From Lachnospira sp. (GTDB taxonomy: Bacteria; Bacillota; Clostridia; Lachnospirales; Lachnospiraceae): DNA of 64,000 bases. The stretch lies in contig JBNMKL010000006.1 in assembly GCA_050874305.1 (NCBI GenBank), positions 1,651 through 65,650 of the forward strand, in the 5' to 3' direction. Position 1 is the stretch's first letter, and every line of letters starts with the position of its first letter. The notes beneath the pieces are model-generated. The model was not told the origin of the DNA. It ran no database searches and saw nothing but the letters and a program-made list of their open reading frames with translations. Below, piece after piece: positions 55,290 through 64,000 of this stretch. Made by a program: the position numbers and the translations under genes.

Positions 55290-56486
55290 ATGAAGTTATT
55301 AGATAAAGTAAAAGGCGTTTCAAGAGACCTTATAGACAGTATGCTTGGACTAATAGCAATGAATGGTGTTATTCAGCTTATACTGTATCCTGGGTTTCAA
55401 AGACATTTAGGAACGGAGAGTTTCGGACAGGTTCTTACTCTCCTGTCAATTATTTCAATTATGGGTTCAACATTCGGAACCGCAGCTAATTATTCAAGAA
55501 TGGTTGCCAAGACCAAGAAGATTGAATGTAAGGGTGATTATAATATATTCCTTCTTATAATCGCTGCGCTGTGTGTTCCAGTATCAATCGCAGGACTTAT
55601 GTGGCTTGGCAATGGTTCGGTGCTTATGTTTGCCGGATTCCTTGTGCTTATGGTTATGACTGTGTTCAGATACTACAGTGATGTTGAATTCAGGTTGAAT
55701 GTCAATTATCGTGGATTCCTCATATATTATATTCTTATATCAGTTGGATATGTTGTGGGAATAGTTATATTCCCAGTTACACATTCGTGGATTATTGCAA
55801 TGCTTATAGGTGAAGCACTTGCAGTTGGTTTCGTATTTTTAAGAGGTTCTTTGTATAAAGGGGCATTTATTAAAAAGTCCGATTATTTCAAAGATAATAT
55901 GAAATCAGTTGTGATTCTGTCGCTCACAGAGCTTATCGCATCGGTCATATTGAATGCGGACAGACTTATGCTTCAGGCGATTGCGGGCGGTGTTGCAGTT
56001 ACCATATTTTATGCGGCAACACTTGTCGGTAAGATGATTTCACTTATATCAATGCCTCTTAATGGTGTTATTATGGGGCATCTTGCAAGATATGACGGCA
56101 AGCTTAGTGGTAATGCATTCCTTAAATTGTGTGCGGCTGTTATAGGCTTTGGAGCAGTGCTTGATGTGTTGTGTGTCGGTGTATCAATAGTGTTTGTCAT
56201 GATTATGTACCCGGATATATATGCAGATGTAAAGCCATATCTGTGGATTGCAAATGCTGGACAGATATATTATTTCCTGTCTAATACACTGACAGTTGTA
56301 CTGCTTAGATTTACAGATGAGAAATATCAGTTATACATCCATATAGTTTATATGATTGTGTTTATTATATTTGCAGTTCCTATGACATTCATATGGAAGA
56401 TATGGGGAATGGCGTGGGCATTGCTTATAGTGAACCTTATCAAGATAATAGCAATTATGGTAGTTGGAAAGATGAAGCTGGAGTAG
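55290..56486 (+). CDS. Wzx/MATE-like oligosaccharide flippase
   Basis: ~12 TM segments; LNADRLML..IAG..AVTIFY..A pattern typical of polysaccharide transporters. Confidence 0.6.
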   Translation: MKLLDKVKGVSRDLIDSMLGLIAMNGVIQLILYPGFQRHLGTESFGQVLTLLSIISIMGSTFGTAANYSRMVAKTKKIECKGDYNIFLLIIAALCVPVSIAGLMWLGNGSVLMFAGFLVLMVMTVFRYYSDVEFRLNVNYRGFLIYYILISVGYVVGIVIFPVTHSWIIAMLIGEALAVGFVFLRGSLYKGAFIKKSDYFKDNMKSVVILSLTELIASVILNADRLMLQAIAGGVAVTIFYAATLVGKMISLISMPLNGVIMGHLARYDGKLSGNAFLKLCAAVIGFGAVLDVLCVGVSIVFVMIMYPDIYADVKPYLWIANAGQIYYFLSNTLTVVLLRFTDEKYQLYIHIVYMIVFIIFAVPMTFIWKIWGMAWALLIVNLIKIIAIMVVGKMKLE

Positions 56487-56506
56487 ACAAAGGAGGATTA
56501 TTTATT

Positions 56507-58339
56507 ATGCAGGGACTTATATTAGCAGCCGGAATGGGCAAAAGATTAAAGAAGTTAACAAGTGGCAATACCAAATGTATGGTTAAGGTTAATGGTGTGA
56601 CTATGATAGAGAGGTCACTCCGTATTCTTGATAAGAAGCATCTTTCAAGAATAGTTATAGTCGTAGGCTATAAGGGACAGAACCTTATAGATTATATTGA
56701 GACACTCAATATTAACACACCTATAACATATGTTAATAACCCAATATATGATAAGACTAACAACATATATTCACTTGCACTTGCCAAGGATTATCTGTGC
56801 TCAGAGGATACACTGCTTCTTGAGTCAGACCTTGTGTTTGAAGAGAGCGTTATAGATGAACTTCTTGACGATGAACGTCCTAATCTTGCCCTTGTTGATA
56901 AGTTCGAGAGCTGGATGGACGGAACATGCCTTAAAATTGATGAGGATGACTGTATTAGTGATTTCATTCCGGGCAAGTACCTTAAATTCAGTGAAAAAGA
57001 AAATTATTACAAGACAGTTAATATATATAAGTTCAGTGCAAAGTTCTCAGCTAATACATATGTGCCATTCCTTACAGCATATGAGAAGGCAATGGGCGAG
57101 AATGAGTATTATGAGTCAGTTATCAAGCTTATAGCAATGCTTGAGACTAAGGAGATAAGAGCGAAGAGACTTAATGGTGAGACATGGTATGAGATAGATA
57201 ATATTCAGGATCTGAATATTGCTGAGTCGTTATTTGCAACTTCACAGAAGGAGCATCTTGATAAGATTAACAGACGTTACGGCGGCTTCTGGAGATATCC
57301 TAAGCTTATTGATTTCTGTTATCTTGTCAATCCGTATTATCCACCAGAGAAGATGAAGGAGGAGATGAAGTCCAACTTTGATACGCTTCTCACACAGTAT
57401 CCATCGGGAATGGCTGTCAATTCACTTCTTGCAGCAGGAGCGTTTGGCGTGGACACAGAACACATAATTGTCGGAAATGGTGCGGCAGAGCTTATCAAGG
57501 CGTTGACAGAGCGAATTATCCGTGAGGAAGATGCCAGGATAGCATGTATATATCCAACATTTGAAGAATATCCTAACAGATTTGGAAGAGACAGGGTAAT
57601 ATCATACAAGCCAGAGACAGAGGATTTAAGATACAGCGCAGATGATATTATAAGATTTTACGAGGATAAGAAGTTTACAGCGATTGTACTTATCAATCCG
57701 GATAATCCAAGCGGCAATTATATTCCTTATGATGAGCTGGTTAAGCTCATCAACTGGGCAAAGGAAAAGCAGAGTAAGATAATTATTGACGAAAGTTTTG
57801 TTGATTTCGTAGAGATGAGTGATGATGCAGAGATAGCAGATGTTTCGCTTATCAAAGATGAAGTGCTTGATATGTATAGTGGTTTATATGTTGTCAAGAG
57901 TATCTCTAAGTCATATGGTGTGCCGGGAGCGAGACTTGGTGTACTTGCAAGCTCTGATGGGGAGCTGATAGCTGACATGAAAAAAGATGTGGCTATATGG
58001 AATATCAATTCATTTGGTGAGTTCTTTTTACAGATTAAAGAAAAGTATGATAAAGATTATAAGAACGCATTGAAAGCATTTAGAAAGAGCAGACGTGAAT
58101 TCATTGAGAAGTTACAGAATGTATCTTACCTTCACCCATATGAGACACAGGCTAACTATGTTATGTGCAGAGTTGATGGAATGACAGCAGAGGAGCTGTG
58201 CTGTAAGATGCTTGATAAAAAATTTATCATAAAAAATCTTACACATAAGGTCGGAAATGGTAAAGAATACGTAAGATTAGCTGTGAGAGATGAAAATGAC
58301 AATAATGCATTGATTGATGCGTTAAATGAATTAGCATAA
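56507..58339 (+). CDS. Fusion: LicC-like NTP transferase plus class I/II PLP enzyme (CobD/HisC-like)
   Basis: LILAAGMGKRL, TKCM, TNNIYSL, ESD, WYEIDN; then GNGAAELI, PTFEEY, INPDNPSG, IIDESF, SISKSYGVPGARLG (PLP Lys). Confidence 0.85.
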   Translation: MQGLILAAGMGKRLKKLTSGNTKCMVKVNGVTMIERSLRILDKKHLSRIVIVVGYKGQNLIDYIETLNINTPITYVNNPIYDKTNNIYSLALAKDYLCSEDTLLLESDLVFEESVIDELLDDERPNLALVDKFESWMDGTCLKIDEDDCISDFIPGKYLKFSEKENYYKTVNIYKFSAKFSANTYVPFLTAYEKAMGENEYYESVIKLIAMLETKEIRAKRLNGETWYEIDNIQDLNIAESLFATSQKEHLDKINRRYGGFWRYPKLIDFCYLVNPYYPPEKMKEEMKSNFDTLLTQYPSGMAVNSLLAAGAFGVDTEHIIVGNGAAELIKALTERIIREEDARIACIYPTFEEYPNRFGRDRVISYKPETEDLRYSADDIIRFYEDKKFTAIVLINPDNPSGNYIPYDELVKLINWAKEKQSKIIIDESFVDFVEMSDDAEIADVSLIKDEVLDMYSGLYVVKSISKSYGVPGARLGVLASSDGELIADMKKDVAIWNINSFGEFFLQIKEKYDKDYKNALKAFRKSRREFIEKLQNVSYLHPYETQANYVMCRVDGMTAEELCCKMLDKKFIIKNLTHKVGNGKEYVRLAVRDENDNNALIDALNELA

Positions 58340-58366
58340 TACAAGCAAGATAATGGAGGAGTAACA

Positions 58367-60037
58367 ATGTCCTTATCTAAGAGTGAATTTAATATACTTA
58401 ATGAGAAAAGAGTAGGTGGCAGTATCAGCGCAGACGAGCTTGAACAGTTAAAGCCATACAAGGTTGACAATGCAATAATTATGGCGGCTGGAATGTCAAG
58501 CAGATTCGCACCTCTTTCGTATGAGAAACCAAAGGGACTTCTTAATGTCAAGGGCGAGATTCTTATTGAGAGGCAGATACGGCAGTTAAAAGAGGCTGGA
58601 ATTACAGATATAACAGTTGTTGTCGGATATATGAAGGAGAAGTTCTTTTATCTTGATGACAAATTCGGCGTTAAGATTGTGGTTAATGAGGATTACTACA
58701 GATACAACAATACTTCAACACTTATAAGAGTTCTTGATAAGCTGTCTAACACATATATTTGTTCAAGCGACAATTATTTTGTGGATAATGTATTTGAGCC
58801 ATATGTATATCGTGGATATTATTCTGCGGTATATGCAGATGGAGAGACTGATGAATATTGTTTAAGTTTTGACGATGATGACAGAATTAATGGTGTGTCA
58901 GTAGGTGGTTCAGATTCCTGGTATATGCTTGGACATGTGTATTATGACAGAAAGTTCAGTGATAAGTTCAAAGCCATACTTGAAAGAGAGTACGAGAAAG
59001 CAGACACTAAGGAACATCTGTGGGAAGACTTATATATGAAGCATATGGATGAGCTTGACCTTTATGTAAGAAAGTATGATGCTGGAAAAGTGCTTGAGTT
59101 CGATTCGCTTGATGAGTTAAGAGCGTTTGACGAAGAATATATCAACAATGCTGATTCAGCGATACTTAAGAATATATGTGATATACTTCACTGTGAGATG
59201 AAGCATATTGTTAACATTAAGGCAATCAAGGCAGGTCTTACTAATACGTCATTCCAGTTTGAGGTTGATGGCAAGGGTTATGTCTACAGACATCCCGGTG
59301 TTGGAACATCTAAGTATATTAATAGAAAGAGCGAAGCATTCTCGATGGATGTAGCGGCTAAGCTTGGGCTTGATGACACATTTATATATATGGATGCAGA
59401 GCATGGGTATAAGATATCACGTTTCATAGATAATGCGAGAGAGCTTGATTATGACAATGCCAAGGAAGTCAGCATGGCACTTGATATGATAAGAAAGCTT
59501 CACAATGAGAGAATTGTGTCTGAATATGATTTTGGAATATGGGATAAGACAGAGGAATTCATTGAGAAGTTAAATGATACTGGTAAATCTGACTTTGATG
59601 AATTTGGCGAGCTTCATACGAAGATGAAAAAGCTTAAAGATTGTATAATGAGTGATTCCAAGGCAGATAAATGTCTGTGCCATAATGACTGTTATTCACC
59701 TAATTTCCTGCTTGATGGGAATGATAAAATGTATCTTATCGACTGGGAGTATTCAGGTAATGATGACCCGGCAAGTGATATAGGAACATTCATATGCTGT
59801 TCTACATATTCATATGATGAGGCGGTTGCAGTTATCAAGGAGTATCTTGAATGTGAGCCTGACAATGAGACATTAGCTCATTATGTCGGATATGTAGCTA
59901 TAGCATCATATTACTGGTATGTATGGGCACTATATCAGGAGACAAGAGGTAATTCGGTAGGAGAATGGCTGTATATGTGGTATAAGAACAGCAAATTATA
60001 CTGCGAAAAGGCAGAAGAACTCTACAATAAACGCTAA
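58367..60037 (+). CDS. Fusion: LicC-like cytidylyltransferase plus LicA-like choline/ethanolamine kinase
   Basis: AIIMAAGMSSRF.P, PKGLL, SSDNY; then GLTNTSF, VYRHPG, CHND, LIDWEYSG. Confidence 0.88.
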   Translation: MSLSKSEFNILNEKRVGGSISADELEQLKPYKVDNAIIMAAGMSSRFAPLSYEKPKGLLNVKGEILIERQIRQLKEAGITDITVVVGYMKEKFFYLDDKFGVKIVVNEDYYRYNNTSTLIRVLDKLSNTYICSSDNYFVDNVFEPYVYRGYYSAVYADGETDEYCLSFDDDDRINGVSVGGSDSWYMLGHVYYDRKFSDKFKAILEREYEKADTKEHLWEDLYMKHMDELDLYVRKYDAGKVLEFDSLDELRAFDEEYINNADSAILKNICDILHCEMKHIVNIKAIKAGLTNTSFQFEVDGKGYVYRHPGVGTSKYINRKSEAFSMDVAAKLGLDDTFIYMDAEHGYKISRFIDNARELDYDNAKEVSMALDMIRKLHNERIVSEYDFGIWDKTEEFIEKLNDTGKSDFDEFGELHTKMKKLKDCIMSDSKADKCLCHNDCYSPNFLLDGNDKMYLIDWEYSGNDDPASDIGTFICCSTYSYDEAVAVIKEYLECEPDNETLAHYVGYVAIASYYWYVWALYQETRGNSVGEWLYMWYKNSKLYCEKAEELYNKR

Positions 60038-60056
60038 AGTAAAGGAGAAAGATGAT

Positions 60057-60239
60057 ATGTCACAGGAATCAATTGAAAAAGTTATCTATGACGAGACTAA
60101 GAAACGTCTGGAAATCATGGAAAAAGATGACTATGAATTCCCTAAACAGATTGGCAGAGGCGATGTAATTGCAATTGTCGGTGCTGTTGCTGTAAGCCTT
60201 GTGCTTATTATACTATGTATGACGGGGGTAATTGTGTAG
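60057..60239 (+). CDS. 60-aa membrane protein, probable permease accessory subunit
   Basis: AAGGAG RBS; charged N-terminus (RLEIMEKDDYEFP) plus one C-terminal TM; its stop abuts the permease ATG. Confidence 0.7.
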   Translation: MSQESIEKVIYDETKKRLEIMEKDDYEFPKQIGRGDVIAIVGAVAVSLVLIILCMTGVIV

Positions 60240-61679
60240 ATGGCTTCTTCAAGAAATGCGGATTATATCCGTCAGGAGACAATAACAGGAGTTGTGCCTA
60301 TGCTTAAAAGCGACAGGCAGTATTCATTCTGGGATCTGTTCCTGTCAACAAGTGGATTCGCGATAGCAACATGGTGTTATACACAGGGTGCATATGCTGC
60401 ACAGTATTTGTCATTTAAGCAGATGATAATTAATATATTCTGCTTTAACATCATTTTTGTATTGATTGAATGTCTTCCTGTATTATTCGCAGTAAGATAT
60501 GGAATTGACTTATGGATATGGTTAAGGTCGGTGCTTGGCATGAAGGGTGTTGCTATTCTTGCAACGGTGATAAGTCTTGCCAACTTCGGATGGTATGCGG
60601 TCGATTCCCAATTATTTGCATCTTCGATGATTAATCTGTTTGGATATTTCGGAATCACGCTGAATGCATCAATATGGAAACCAGTTCTCGGTGTGTTATG
60701 TGTATTGCTGGGAACATTTATTGCACTTGGCGGTCCTGATGTTATCAAGTGGACAAGCCGAATCCTTGTAACAGCACTGCTTTTTGTAGGTATTGTAGTA
60801 GTAGGATTATGCTTCACAGCAGTTCCTCTCTCAGATATTATGGCTGTACAGCCAGATATAAGCAGCTTTGACAACAATCCTCTTCTTGCGTTCATGTCAT
60901 CAGCAGAGGGTAATGTGGCATTTGCATTCTCATGGTCAACACAGGCACTTGTTATGCCAAGACTTTGTAAGGATGAAAGAAAAGGTTACTGGGCAACTTC
61001 TTTATCATATGGAATAGTTGCTCCATTCTTCGTAGCAGCGGGCGGTGTTATGGCACTTGCCATGTTCGTAAAATGTGGTTACTATGAGAGTGACCCAACA
61101 GTTATGCTTGCCACATTAGGTGGCCCTGTATTCTCACTTTTAAGTCTTCTTATGGTTGCATTTGCTAACATAGGAACTCAGGGAAGTGGTGCATATGTTA
61201 ACTGTATGATTGTAAAGAGCGGACTTCCTAATATCAGCTATAAACTGCTTGTATGGATTTCATGTGTGTATGTAAGCATACTTACAGTATGGGGATGGGT
61301 AATGGATCATTTCTCATCATTCATATCACTTGCGGCGTACCTTCAGGGGCCAATTATAGGTATGATTGTTGTGGACTATCTTATTGTAAAGAAGCTTAAG
61401 ATATCACTTAAATCAGCATATTTCATGGAAGGTCATGATTCATATAAGTTTACTAATGGTGTTAATCTTGTAGGTGTCGGAGTGCTTATAATTTCATTTG
61501 TGACAGCTATGCTGTTTGTATACAATCCACTTACGGCGGCAGTTAAGAGCCCTATATTCCTTGTGACAACGGGAAGTGGTTTCACAGCTATATTTGGTGG
61601 ATTATTATACTGGATTGCAAGCCTTACTCCATTAAGAAAATATATGTTAAGAGACAGAGATGACCTTGACATTGTATAA
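60240..61679 (+). CDS. NCS1 / purine-cytosine permease family transporter
   Basis: ~12 TMs; RYGID..I.LRSVLGMKG, NFGWYAV, GPIIGMIVVDYLI, GVN..G. Confidence 0.75.
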   Translation: MASSRNADYIRQETITGVVPMLKSDRQYSFWDLFLSTSGFAIATWCYTQGAYAAQYLSFKQMIINIFCFNIIFVLIECLPVLFAVRYGIDLWIWLRSVLGMKGVAILATVISLANFGWYAVDSQLFASSMINLFGYFGITLNASIWKPVLGVLCVLLGTFIALGGPDVIKWTSRILVTALLFVGIVVVGLCFTAVPLSDIMAVQPDISSFDNNPLLAFMSSAEGNVAFAFSWSTQALVMPRLCKDERKGYWATSLSYGIVAPFFVAAGGVMALAMFVKCGYYESDPTVMLATLGGPVFSLLSLLMVAFANIGTQGSGAYVNCMIVKSGLPNISYKLLVWISCVYVSILTVWGWVMDHFSSFISLAAYLQGPIIGMIVVDYLIVKKLKISLKSAYFMEGHDSYKFTNGVNLVGVGVLIISFVTAMLFVYNPLTAAVKSPIFLVTTGSGFTAIFGGLLYWIASLTPLRKYMLRDRDDLDIV

Positions 61680-61698
61680 AAAAACTATTAAATTGTAG

Positions 61699-61749
61699 AA
61701 AAAGACCATCATAGATGTTATATTAATGTGCATCTATGATGGTCTTTTT
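61699..61749 (+). terminator. Terminator of the lic-like operon
   Basis: 19-bp perfect inverted repeat AAAAAGACCATCATAGATG / CATCTATGATGGTCTTTTT. Confidence 0.8.
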
Positions 61750-61777
61750 GTAAATAATAGAATACATATAATTAAGT

Positions 61778-63862
61778 ATGGTTGAGGAAGCTGGCTTGGA
61801 AAATAAGAAAAATAACAAAAATGGTACTTATGAGAAGAAACAGAGACTTCTGTTAAAGATGGAACTTATATTAGGTTATCTGTTAGCGGTTACATTATGG
61901 ACTCTTCTTTCGTGGGGATATTATGAAGAATACCAGAAGAATGGCCTGTTTATAGTTGTTTTTGTTTTGTTTACAGTATTTGCAGCTGTATATGGCAGTC
62001 AATTTAAGAACATAAGGAAAATTAATGAGCAGCTTGTAGCAGTGTTCATACATCCGCTGGTACTTTCGATGGCGATTATGCTGTCTGCCAAGAATAACAT
62101 TAATTATGATGGAAGCCTTATATATGTTGTATTTTCATTACTTCCATTTTCGTTTTATCTGTTATGGTGTGCGGCAATATTATTTGTCAATAAACAGACG
62201 GATATTGCTTCCTGGGTTGATAAGAATAAATATGTCCTTCTGGTGATAACAGCGGCGATTCTTTTAAGGCTTCCATATATAAGCATGATGCAGAGATGGG
62301 ATTCTGGTGAGTACTACTGGAGATTCAGCCAGGCTGTACAGGATTTTACATTTACTAATTTCACGGAGTATATGAAATTGTTCTGTCTGTGTAACCATCC
62401 GACAATGATGTTCAGCCTTATATATCTTCCGGGTGAGCTGTTGTTCCCAGAAAAGATTATAGGTGTGTCAATAATAAGCTATATATTTACAGCGATTGCA
62501 TTGTGGTGTATGTACCGCATAATTTTAAGATGCGTCAAAGGAACGAGTGAGAAGAGTGCAGCGATATATACAGCTCTGATCTCGTTCGCACCATTGTTCT
62601 ATGGAACGACAACATATTTTAATCCGGACTACGCGATGGCATGTTTCTTTGTCATAACACTGTATGCGTTTATCTATAATAAGCCTGTTGTGGCAGGTGT
62701 TGCCAGCCTTATGTGCTTCCAGACTAAGGAGACTGGTATAGTTATCGTGTTCGGTCTGGTTGTAGGAACATTTATAAGATATATATGCAGTGGAAGAACT
62801 AAGGATAAAAGCGTTATCGTAAGGATTGCAATGGACGGATGCCTGTATACAACGCTTATATCAACAGTGTTACAGCTTGTATACATGAAGACGATTGGTG
62901 GTGTGTCTAACTGGACACAGTATGGAGAGGAACCGGCAGGTCTTGTGTGGGACAACAATGGAACGAATTGCCTTGGCTTTAACGTTCCATATATAATTAC
63001 AAAGTTAAAGCAGCAGTTTGTGCTTAATTTTAACTGGATGTTTACGTTATTTATAATTCTTGGAATTATTGTTCTTGTAATATATTGTGCCAGGGATAAG
63101 CGCAATAAAGAAAAGAATGAGTATATCCATTGCATGATAAGTGCGTTCGCAGCATTTGTGGCATTCTCATGTCTGTATATAACAGCACCGATGGCAAGAT
63201 ATAATGTTGTGGGTGATGTGCTGCTCTACATGATTGCAATGTATGTAATCGAGAGAGTTGTCAAGGTAACAAGGCTGAGAAAAAAAGTAATGCCTATAAG
63301 AGTGTCACAGGTGATAATAGGGATTCTTGTACTGATTGAGTGCTATGTAACAATAGATCCATTTACTATATTGGGATTTAAAATGCTTGATGCTGGTGGT
63401 CCTGTAATATGTTATACAGGCAATAAAAATATTGCAGATGAAGATATGTTTTATGGAGACTACCTTGTATACAACACACAGTATATGTATATAGATAAAG
63501 CCTATGATTATATACTTAAAAAGACTGGTTACGATACAAGCTGGGACATTATAATTCCTACATCTAATGGTAATTTTATAAATGGTAATATGTACCGTCT
63601 TAACTGGGATGAAGTAAAAAGAAAAAGAGTGTTCTATACGAATCTCAATACAGCTTCTATGAATGATTATAAGCTGGTAGAACGCCTTCATATTGATGAA
63701 CGTGGTCTGGCTGATAAAGCTGTCCTTATAATCAATCCTTATTATCGTGGAATTGACCAGCAGGAAATGCTTGATCAAACATTAAACTACTATACATGTG
63801 TTGACCAGGGCGCATACAGAAGCCTGCAGGGAAATATATACTATTATGTGTTGGAGAAATAG
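61778..63862 (+). CDS. GT-C (ArnT/PMT/GT39-like) membrane glycosyltransferase
   Basis: Many TMs; RWDSGEY acidic loop, NHPT, NPDY, TKETG, ARY motifs. Confidence 0.65.
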   Translation: MVEEAGLENKKNNKNGTYEKKQRLLLKMELILGYLLAVTLWTLLSWGYYEEYQKNGLFIVVFVLFTVFAAVYGSQFKNIRKINEQLVAVFIHPLVLSMAIMLSAKNNINYDGSLIYVVFSLLPFSFYLLWCAAILFVNKQTDIASWVDKNKYVLLVITAAILLRLPYISMMQRWDSGEYYWRFSQAVQDFTFTNFTEYMKLFCLCNHPTMMFSLIYLPGELLFPEKIIGVSIISYIFTAIALWCMYRIILRCVKGTSEKSAAIYTALISFAPLFYGTTTYFNPDYAMACFFVITLYAFIYNKPVVAGVASLMCFQTKETGIVIVFGLVVGTFIRYICSGRTKDKSVIVRIAMDGCLYTTLISTVLQLVYMKTIGGVSNWTQYGEEPAGLVWDNNGTNCLGFNVPYIITKLKQQFVLNFNWMFTLFIILGIIVLVIYCARDKRNKEKNEYIHCMISAFAAFVAFSCLYITAPMARYNVVGDVLLYMIAMYVIERVVKVTRLRKKVMPIRVSQVIIGILVLIECYVTIDPFTILGFKMLDAGGPVICYTGNKNIADEDMFYGDYLVYNTQYMYIDKAYDYILKKTGYDTSWDIIIPTSNGNFINGNMYRLNWDEVKRKRVFYTNLNTASMNDYKLVERLHIDERGLADKAVLIINPYYRGIDQQEMLDQTLNYYTCVDQGAYRSLQGNIYYYVLEK

Positions 63863-64000
63863 GCGGGAGGCTAGGCCGCGGGAGACTGCATGCTATGTAC
63901 ACGCAGGCACGCTCCCGCTAACCTCGGACGCAGCGGACACTAAGGTGCCTGAAATACGGCACCTAAGTGCCGGCGCCCTCAGATTACCTGCTTAGCACAT
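63863..64000. repeat. GC-rich palindromic intergenic element, cut by the window end
   Basis: Starts at the stop codon; GCGGGAG twice (63863, 63878) with complement CTCCCGC (63912-63918); hairpin CACTAAGGTGCC (63938-63949) / GGCACCTAAGTG (63958-63969). Confidence 0.55.

Noticed and set aside
32567-63862. Rhamnan or Wzy-dependent capsule assignment
   Set aside because: No rmlABCD, Wzz/Wzc or recognisable Wzy in the window.
15-63995. Numerous 60-180 aa ORFs antisense to or out of frame within long genes
   Set aside because: Shadow ORFs: no RBS, no motifs, and fully overlapped by well-supported genes.
1-64000. tRNA, rRNA, prophage, integrase or transposase genes
   Set aside because: None recognised by eye; tRNAscan/Infernal were not run, so small RNAs could be missed.

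Overview
Chromosomal window from a low-GC, spore-forming Firmicute; the gene set and codon style suggest Lachnospiraceae (inference). It has three parts. (1) ~1-8.6 kb is an accessory patch of small stress/detoxification genes with three decayed genes: an internally deleted cat, a frameshifted GNAT and a truncated MNT-type nucleotidyltransferase. (2) ~8.7-32.6 kb is mostly housekeeping: pgi, PPi-type pfk, an ECF sigma/anti-sigma pair, LysM-M23 hydrolase, murA, an OmpR-family two-component system, a stand-alone adenylation enzyme plus Na+:solute symporter, proS, cca and a CotS-family gene. It also holds an unannotated type I toxin-antitoxin locus and a CD225/dispanin-like protein with an N/Y/S/Q-rich prion-like tail. 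(3) ~32.6-63.9 kb is a surface glycopolymer locus: AATGal-type amino-sugar genes, seven GT4s, Wzm/Wzt, MBOAT plus an SGNH-like partner, three GT-C-like proteins, and a lic-like phospho-amine decoration module with an unusual NTP-transferase/PLP-enzyme fusion and an NCS1 permease. The most unusual signal is non-coding: two ~270-295 bp fold-back elements (11156-11423 and 29709-30002), each starting at the stop codon of the upstream gene. They share a conserved, covarying core with a GCGAAGC apex, but their long perfect inverted arms (61 and 54 bp) are copy-specific, the reverse of a normal MITE. No tRNA, rRNA, CRISPR array, transposase or phage gene was seen. All family assignments come from motif recognition by eye; no database search was run.
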